A stretch of DNA of 64,000 nucleotides from a virus. The DNA is taken from the IMG/VR virus record IMGVR_UViG_3300046616_000188. One strand, written 5' to 3'. The notes under the pieces were generated by a model. It was not told where the DNA came from and did no database searches. It saw only the letters and a program-made list of their open reading frames with translations. A program made the translations under genes and the position numbers. This document shows positions 59,341 to 64,000 of this stretch, one piece after another. Every line of letters begins with the position of its first letter. Within the stretch, counting starts at the first letter, position 1.

Positions 59341-59937
59341 TCAAATTGCCTGAATAACTTTGTAGCCAATGGCTCTAAGGTAATTCAAGCCGGATTCGCG
59401 GAAACATGAGCTATAGCCGGTTTCGCAATCATCCGACATTTCCCATTCCCTTTGCAGCTTGAAAGCCGTTTCTTTGACTTCCTCCCATCTTGCGTTTTTC
59501 GTGTCTGCATCAGTGTCAGCGATTCCAAGCGCTTCATACGCCTTTTCATACCAGTCATTGCTGTAAACGGTTCTGCCGGTCGCCTTGCTGATACTGGTAT
59601 AATTTGCCAGACTATAACCCTTTTTGGGCTGATAGTCACGCGGATAAAGCTTGTGCCCTTTTGGCGGTTTCGGCGCGTCTTCACTGCTAGCGTGATTCGT
59701 CATCTTGTGCCCGTCAATCGTCATTCCAGAAAGAGCGGCAGTGAATTTGTCATAGCCATAGCCTCCCGCCGTGGCATGCTGAAACTCGCCATTGAAATCA
59801 TGCACATTGACAAGGCAAGTCCCGCCGTCGCTGAAATGCGCCTTGATCGTTGCGACATGTTCGCCTTTCTTGTTCAAGACGACATAGGCCGAAATGCTCT
59901 TGCCTGCTTTGGTATCATGCACATATTTGGTCGCCAT
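59341..59937 (-). CDS. Early hypothetical protein
   Basis: 198 aa, AGGYGYDK motif, AAGGAG RBS. Confidence 0.8.
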   Translation of the reverse strand: MATKYVHDTKAGKSISAYVVLNKKGEHVATIKAHFSDGGTCLVNVHDFNGEFQHATAGGYGYDKFTAALSGMTIDGHKMTNHASSEDAPKPPKGHKLYPRDYQPKKGYSLANYTSISKATGRTVYSNDWYEKAYEALGIADTDADTKNARWEEVKETAFKLQREWEMSDDCETGYSSCFRESGLNYLRAIGYKVIQAI

Positions 59938-59953
59938 GCTTAAAACTCCTTTG

Positions 59954-60003
59954 TAAGCATTTAGGAATGGCGCTATGACATAGCGCCATGGTCTAAAGGC
60001 TTA
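59954..60003 (-). promoter_or_regulatory. Long leader hairpin, putative RNase III site
   Basis: TAAGC/GCTTA, TTTAG/CTAAA, ATGGCGCTATG/CATAGCGCCAT directly before the RBS. Confidence 0.55.
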
Positions 60004-60192
60004 AGCTTTCACCTTGTATTTAAGCGAGGCGAAAGAGTGGGATACACTTTCAACAAAAACGTTGTTTGTGTTGACAATAACCACGATACGAGACGTTACG
60101 GCGGATACAATGAATTCGCGGCGCTCCTCATTAACGAGAATCATGCCTTTAACAAACTGAATTCCCTTGTAATCTACATGGCCCATAAACAT
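60001..60192 (-). CDS. Early hypothetical protein
   Basis: 63 aa after a promoter cassette and AAGGAAATAAGCAG leader. Confidence 0.6.
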   Translation of the reverse strand: MFMGHVDYKGIQFVKGMILVNEERREFIVSAVTSRIVVIVNTNNVFVESVSHSFASLKYKVKA

Positions 60193-60214
60193 CTGCTTAT
60201 TTCCTTGTTTCGAT

Positions 60215-60248
60215 AGATGTAAGTTAGAACATTTCCTTACATCTGGCA
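60215..60248 (-). promoter_or_regulatory. Palindromic early promoter cassette (type B)
   Basis: TTGCCA-N17-TAACTT containing AGATGTAAG-N12-CTTACATCT. Confidence 0.75.
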
Positions 60249-60258
60249 AGAGGGAATT

Positions 60259-60570
60259 TTAAAAAAGTTGCAGAGTGTTTATGTAAACGCGGAAATAAAT
60301 CAAGCGTCCTGCATCGCTATCGGGATCAATACCGGCTTCATAGCAAGTATCTAATGCGTTTTGATCAGCTGAATCATGCTTCGCTTGTGTCGCCTTGCCG
60401 CGATAGTGAAGCGCGGTAGCGGCTTCATTGCGGATTGCCTCAAGCAATGCGGCAAAGGCTTTATCTTCCACGTTCCAAGCCTCAAGAGTTTGCGCATTAT
60501 CGGCAATTTCCTTTGCAGCCTGATATGCGAGAAATTCAGCCGCGAAGTTGGTTACAAGCTCATTTGCCAT
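60259..60570 (-). CDS. Early hypothetical protein
   Basis: 103 aa, GAGG RBS. Confidence 0.75.
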   Translation of the reverse strand: MANELVTNFAAEFLAYQAAKEIADNAQTLEAWNVEDKAFAALLEAIRNEAATALHYRGKATQAKHDSADQNALDTCYEAGIDPDSDAGRLIYFRVYINTLQLF

Positions 60571-60591
60571 TGCCGTTTCCTCTTGTTCGAT

Positions 60592-60625
60592 AGATGTAAG
60601 TTAGAACATTTTCTTACATCTGGCA
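60592..60625 (-). promoter_or_regulatory. Palindromic early promoter cassette (type B)
   Basis: Near-identical copy of the 60215 cassette. Confidence 0.75.
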
Positions 60626-60655
60626 AGAGAGAATTTTAAAAAAGTGAAGCGCTCC

Positions 60656-61414
60656 TTAGAGCGCTTTAGGCCGATTAACGATTGTCGTCTTGACGCCTTT
60701 ATAATCGTTATGCTGCTTTACCGTCGCTTTGAAAGAGATGGTATCTCCCATTTTCCCCATCTCGTTATTGAAGAATGAAACAATGTCGTTACCGATTCTA
60801 ACTTTCGTGATAGTGTAACCGGCTTGGAATTCCGTTTCCTGCTTTTCAATGAAAGCAAAAATTTCGCCTTTAAATTCGCGACGTTCGCCAATCGTGCCAA
60901 TGAAGGAAGAAAGAGAGTCAACTGCGAAGCGTTCGGCGCGGATTGCCTCGCGTTTGGCAATCAAACCCTTTTCCAGTGCAACGCCTTGGCAAGCCGCAAT
61001 CAAGGCATTGGAAACCATGTTAGCTTCGCTCAAAGCTTGATCCGCAAAATACAGCACATATGAATCAGGAGCATCAACAATCTTGACGCCTTTGTGTTTA
61101 CCGAACGGAAAAACGCCGCTTTCAATCGCTTCAATGTTGCGCGTGTCATAGATCGAAAGTTTGCCACGGCGCTTGTCAGCGACAAATTCAGGGCAATCAT
61201 CAAGAATGATGACAAGGCTTTCTTGATCAGCAACGCGTTGCTGCAAACGCTCTACATAGTCCGTTGCCTTCTCAATTGCTTTTTCTTCCGTAGCAGCAAG
61301 ATTGCAGATGTAGTTATCAAGAAAATGAACGTTGCCACGTACCGCGACTCGCAGTGTGTACATAGCATTTTTAGCGCCGGTCGAAATGTAGTAATTGCGA
61401 ATCTGCTTTTCCAT
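60656..61414 (-). CDS. Early protein with a DUF3820-like motif and putative C-terminal OB fold
   Basis: FPFGKHKG..I.D.P..YV; C-terminal GDTISFKATVKQH..YKG.KTT...RPK. Confidence 0.7.
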   Translation of the reverse strand: MEKQIRNYYISTGAKNAMYTLRVAVRGNVHFLDNYICNLAATEEKAIEKATDYVERLQQRVADQESLVIILDDCPEFVADKRRGKLSIYDTRNIEAIESGVFPFGKHKGVKIVDAPDSYVLYFADQALSEANMVSNALIAACQGVALEKGLIAKREAIRAERFAVDSLSSFIGTIGERREFKGEIFAFIEKQETEFQAGYTITKVRIGNDIVSFFNNEMGKMGDTISFKATVKQHNDYKGVKTTIVNRPKAL

Positions 61415-61436
61415 TTCCGTATTCCCTTTAATTGCG

Positions 61437-61479
61437 TTGACCATGTAAGGAAGATACGACTCTTTCCTTACATGGTCAA
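61437..61479 (-). promoter_or_regulatory. Palindromic early promoter cassette (type A)
   Basis: TTGACCATGTAAGGAA-N11-TTCCTTACATGGTCAA; -35 TTGACC, N17, -10 TATCTT. Confidence 0.85.
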
Positions 61480-61498
61480 TAGGCAAATCACGGAATTT

Positions 61499-61624
61499 TT
61501 AATAAAACCGCTTTTCGTTTCCGTCGCGCTTATCCGCCGCAACGAAAGAGAAAACGTTGCGCCTTGCGGCCTTATCACGTCTTGCGTTCTGGATTGCGCG
61601 CTTGTTCATTTTGTTCTGCGACAT
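61499..61624 (-). CDS. 41-aa basic protein (absent from the ORF track)
   Basis: MSQNKMNKRAIQNARRDKAARRNVF...; AAGGAG RBS. Confidence 0.55.
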   Translation of the reverse strand: MSQNKMNKRAIQNARRDKAARRNVFSFVAADKRDGNEKRFY

Positions 61625-61681
61625 GCTCTTAACTCCTTTTGAGCTTATCCCGTTCCACCATTGGAACGGGAAACGTTGCGG

Positions 61682-62068
61682 TTAATATTCGATATCTGCA
61701 CTCAGCGCGGAATGAAAACATTCCGCGATGTAGTCTTTGATTTGGCGCTTGTCGCGTCCAGTGACGCGGATTGTGAAGCCATACACAAGAGAAGGCGTCA
61801 CAATAACCTTGTGCATGGTCCAACCATCGTAATAGCCTGCATCGTTCATGTGATGAAATCCCGTTTCAAAAACGAGACGTTCCGGCTTGCTTTCATCATC
61901 GTTGAATTGCGTTCCAGAATCGAAGCCGGAACCGGATGGCATAACATTTTTGCAAATGTCTGTAATGGCGTCTTCGTGCTTTTCCAGCCATTCCACATTG
62001 CCGGATTTCTCGCAATTCAGCATTGCTTGGAACCGATTCGCAATTTCCTGATAAACTTTGCGCTGCAT
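61682..62068 (-). CDS. Early hypothetical protein
   Basis: 128 aa, MPSGSGFDSG and FHHMN..GYYDGWT motifs; GGAG RBS. Confidence 0.8.
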   Translation of the reverse strand: MQRKVYQEIANRFQAMLNCEKSGNVEWLEKHEDAITDICKNVMPSGSGFDSGTQFNDDESKPERLVFETGFHHMNDAGYYDGWTMHKVIVTPSLVYGFTIRVTGRDKRQIKDYIAECFHSALSADIEY

Positions 62069-62073
62069 TTCCG

Positions 62074-62280
62074 TTACTCCTTAACGGGCTCGATTGAAAA
62101 GATTTCGGACATTGCGCCTTCATAGGCAAAAACGTCGAAATGGTCTGGATTGTCGCTATCCTCTTCAATGAACATATCAGAGAACATTGTGAGAATGAAC
62201 GCCTTTGCCGCATCAACCGTTTCCACGGTCTTGAGCAGCTTTTTCGCGCCATTCGCGATTGTCTCGATTTTGTAGGCCAT
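62074..62280 (-). CDS. Early hypothetical protein
   Basis: 68 aa after a promoter cassette. Confidence 0.7.
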   Translation of the reverse strand: MAYKIETIANGAKKLLKTVETVDAAKAFILTMFSDMFIEEDSDNPDHFDVFAYEGAMSEIFSIEPVKE

Positions 62281-62296
62281 TTCTTCAATCCCTTGT

Positions 62297-62339
62297 TTGA
62301 CTATGTAAGGATATTAAAATCATTTCCTTACATAGTCAA
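62297..62339 (-). promoter_or_regulatory. Palindromic early promoter cassette (type A, co-varied)
   Basis: TTGACTATGTAAGGA-N13-TCCTTACATAGTCAA; -10 TAATAT. Confidence 0.85.
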
Positions 62340-62348
62340 TACCTTTTT

Positions 62349-62669
62349 TCACTTAAATTTCACTTTGACGCTATGCCAGCCAGCCTTAACGCTTACAACG
62401 CGTTTTCCAGCCGGAACAAACGTTGTGTTGCCTACCTGCTTAAACTTGCCATTCGACAAGCGTCGAATCACGTTGAACGGTTCAAAGCCTGTTACAGCGT
62501 TCCACGCGGTAAAGAATGCCGCATCTCTTGCAACGCTATCGCCACGCAAGTTTTCGCTTGTGGCATGAATGCACTTGCCATTGTGCCACAACGTAAACGC
62601 GTTAGTTTGCGTTTCGTAGCACTTAATTTCCACTCCCATTTTATAGCGGGAAAAAATAAGGTTCTGCAT
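62349..62669 (-). CDS. Early hypothetical protein
   Basis: 106 aa, AAGGAG RBS. Confidence 0.7.
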   Translation of the reverse strand: MQNLIFSRYKMGVEIKCYETQTNAFTLWHNGKCIHATSENLRGDSVARDAAFFTAWNAVTGFEPFNVIRRLSNGKFKQVGNTTFVPAGKRVVSVKAGWHSVKVKFK

Positions 62670-62673
62670 TGGC

Positions 62674-62892
62674 TTAGCTCCTTAAAGCCGTTTTGGCTTC
62701 ATTCATGACACTGAAAAGCGCGCGGCGCGTTCTGGTAAAGCTTGCCGGAACCGATACGCGATTAAGAAGGCCTAGCGCCTTGCACATAGCGTTGTAACGC
62801 GTTTCATGGCAAACCGTACCATCTCGGCTTTCAAGCCAGCGCAAGCGGCTTACAATGGCTTGAATCTCGTTTTTGATGTAAGTATCAGTCAT
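62674..62892 (-). CDS. Early hypothetical protein
   Basis: 72 aa, GGAG RBS. Confidence 0.7.
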   Translation of the reverse strand: MTDTYIKNEIQAIVSRLRWLESRDGTVCHETRYNAMCKALGLLNRVSVPASFTRTRRALFSVMNEAKTALRS

Positions 62893-62909
62893 GGCCTTAG
62901 CTCCATTGG

Positions 62910-62957
62910 CAAGCGTTTAAGAATGGCGCTCCAATGAGCGCCAAATTTAAAGGCTTA
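62910..62957 (-). promoter_or_regulatory. Long leader hairpin, putative RNase III site
   Basis: TAAGC/GCTTG, TTTAA/TTAAA, TGGCGCTC/GAGCGCCA before the RBS. Confidence 0.55.
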
Positions 62958-63134
62958 GTTGTTTCGTTCAGCTTCGATTGCTTCCATTGCCTCACGAATA
63001 ACGCGAGTCATGTCGGAAAAATCGCCGTGGTTTTCGATGAAAGTAATGGCCCACTCTTTCAGTGAAGGGGAAATGATTCCCAACTCAGTCAAGACCATTT
63101 TTTCCTTCAAAGCCTTTGTTTCTGCGTTTGCCAT
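62955..63134 (-). CDS. Early hypothetical protein
   Basis: 59 aa, AAGGAAATACGGAA leader. Confidence 0.7.
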   Translation of the reverse strand: MANAETKALKEKMVLTELGIISPSLKEWAITFIENHGDFSDMTRVIREAMEAIEAERNN

Positions 63135-63150
63135 TTCCGTATTTCCTTTG

Positions 63151-63193
63151 TTGACCATGTAAGGAACTTAAACGCTTTTCCTTACATGGTCAA
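63151..63193 (-). promoter_or_regulatory. Palindromic early promoter cassette (type A)
   Basis: 16-bp perfect arms, 11-nt spacer; -10 TAAGTT. Confidence 0.85.
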
Positions 63194-63209
63194 TAGGCTT
63201 TTTAAAAAA

Positions 63210-63548
63210 TTACCATCTTTCGCCAGTAAGCCAAACTTTGAAGTTTTCAGGGAATTTCAAACCATAGGGCAAATCTTTGTTTGCGCGGCAGAACCTGTTA
63301 TGGAGTGCAGGCTTTTCGCTATGCATCCATTTTTTGAAATCTTGATATTCCGGCAAAGCCGCATACATATCGTTTATCTTGTCGCGGTTATGGCAATAAA
63401 CATAACCGCCAAACGGTTGTGCCGTAACGCCTAATGCAGACATGCTGGCGACATAAGTGCGATATTCAGAAAAGAGCGGATGCGACTCATCTGCTTTAGT
63501 CGTAACAGGCTGAATCGGAGCCATGGCGGCGCGTGACATATCAAACAT
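63210..63548 (-). CDS. Early hypothetical protein
   Basis: 112 aa, AAGGAACTAAGCAG leader. Confidence 0.75.
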   Translation of the reverse strand: MFDMSRAAMAPIQPVTTKADESHPLFSEYRTYVASMSALGVTAQPFGGYVYCHNRDKINDMYAALPEYQDFKKWMHSEKPALHNRFCRANKDLPYGLKFPENFKVWLTGERW

Positions 63549-63564
63549 CTGCTTAGTTCCTTTG

Positions 63565-63607
63565 TTGACCATGTAAGGAAGATATGACTCTTTCCTTACA
63601 TGGTCAA
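63565..63607 (-). promoter_or_regulatory. Palindromic early promoter cassette (type A)
   Basis: 16-bp perfect arms, 11-nt spacer; -10 TATCTT. Confidence 0.85.
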
Positions 63608-63615
63608 TAGGCTTT

Positions 63616-63900
63616 TTAAATTTTATTCAGCGCCAAGCGCAAATCATACGTGCGCTTGATATCTGCTCTAATCGCTGCAATCGTCTCAGCGCTAAGACCG
63701 TCAACAATCATGAACGGTTCAACGATATTAGCGCCGCTCAAGTTTTGAACCGTGATAATCACGCCGCTAGCCATATACTTATCGGTATTGGCCTTTCCGA
63801 TATCCCTGTTAGCACTTGCCAGCGTTCCTATATCATGCGCCTTGGATTGCAACAAATCTTTCGCGAGTTGCGCGGTGCGGGAAAGTTTCTTTGCAGTCAT
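63616..63900 (-). CDS. Early hypothetical protein
   Basis: 94 aa, GAGG RBS. Confidence 0.75.
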   Translation of the reverse strand: MTAKKLSRTAQLAKDLLQSKAHDIGTLASANRDIGKANTDKYMASGVIITVQNLSGANIVEPFMIVDGLSAETIAAIRADIKRTYDLRLALNKI

Positions 63901-64000
63901 TAGCTCAAATCCTCTTTTGCGTAACGGATTCGCCCGTCATAATCGATAAACAGGCCGGTTTCGTGGTTATAACCATCTCTAACCCATTTATGTGCCGTGG

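Noticed and set aside
57922-63607. Early palindromic repeats as a CRISPR array
   Set aside because: Copies are 380-2300 bp apart with whole genes between them and carry promoter boxes
2-64000. Full TAG reassignment implied by the CUA tRNA
   Set aside because: Long genes are uninterrupted under code 11 and TAG terminates at least two plausible genes

Overview
Part of a lytic siphovirus genome. The host is probably an alphaproteobacterium (Rhizobiales-like); this is inferred from a DUF1127 protein, the class Ib RNR and a DUF3380 endolysin. Plus strand 1-12.5 kb: T7-type family A DNA polymerase (3' part), DEDDh and Cas4-like nucleases, SSB, RecD-like helicase, dNMP kinase, ThyX, MazG-like protein and nrdI-E-F-H. 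Minus strand 12.5-37.6 kb: lysis cassette, lambda-like tail (tail tip, tape measure, frameshifted G/GT chaperones, tail tube), head-tail joining genes, PhoH, capsid, scaffold and portal. 37.6-44.6 kb: an array of 19 tRNA/tRNA-like genes interleaved with HNH genes, vWA, AdoMetDC, several tiny ORFs missing from the ORF track (lipoprotein, C2H2 zinc finger, DUF1127) and several structured non-coding RNA candidates. 45.9-56.4 kb: an island of fibre, beta-helix and SGNH appendage genes plus a trypsin-like protease. 57.4-64 kb: an early-type region of small genes, each driven by a palindromic sigma70-like promoter cassette. The strongest leads are the palindromic promoter cassettes, a tRNA-Arg(ACG)-like gene with no D-arm but a D-loop-like segment in the variable position, the DUF1127 plus pseudoknot-RNA module, a CUA-anticodon tRNA, a T4 gene-32-like pseudoknot leader on the SSB gene and a cysteine-less thioredoxin. 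All calls are by eye; no database search or folding program was run.
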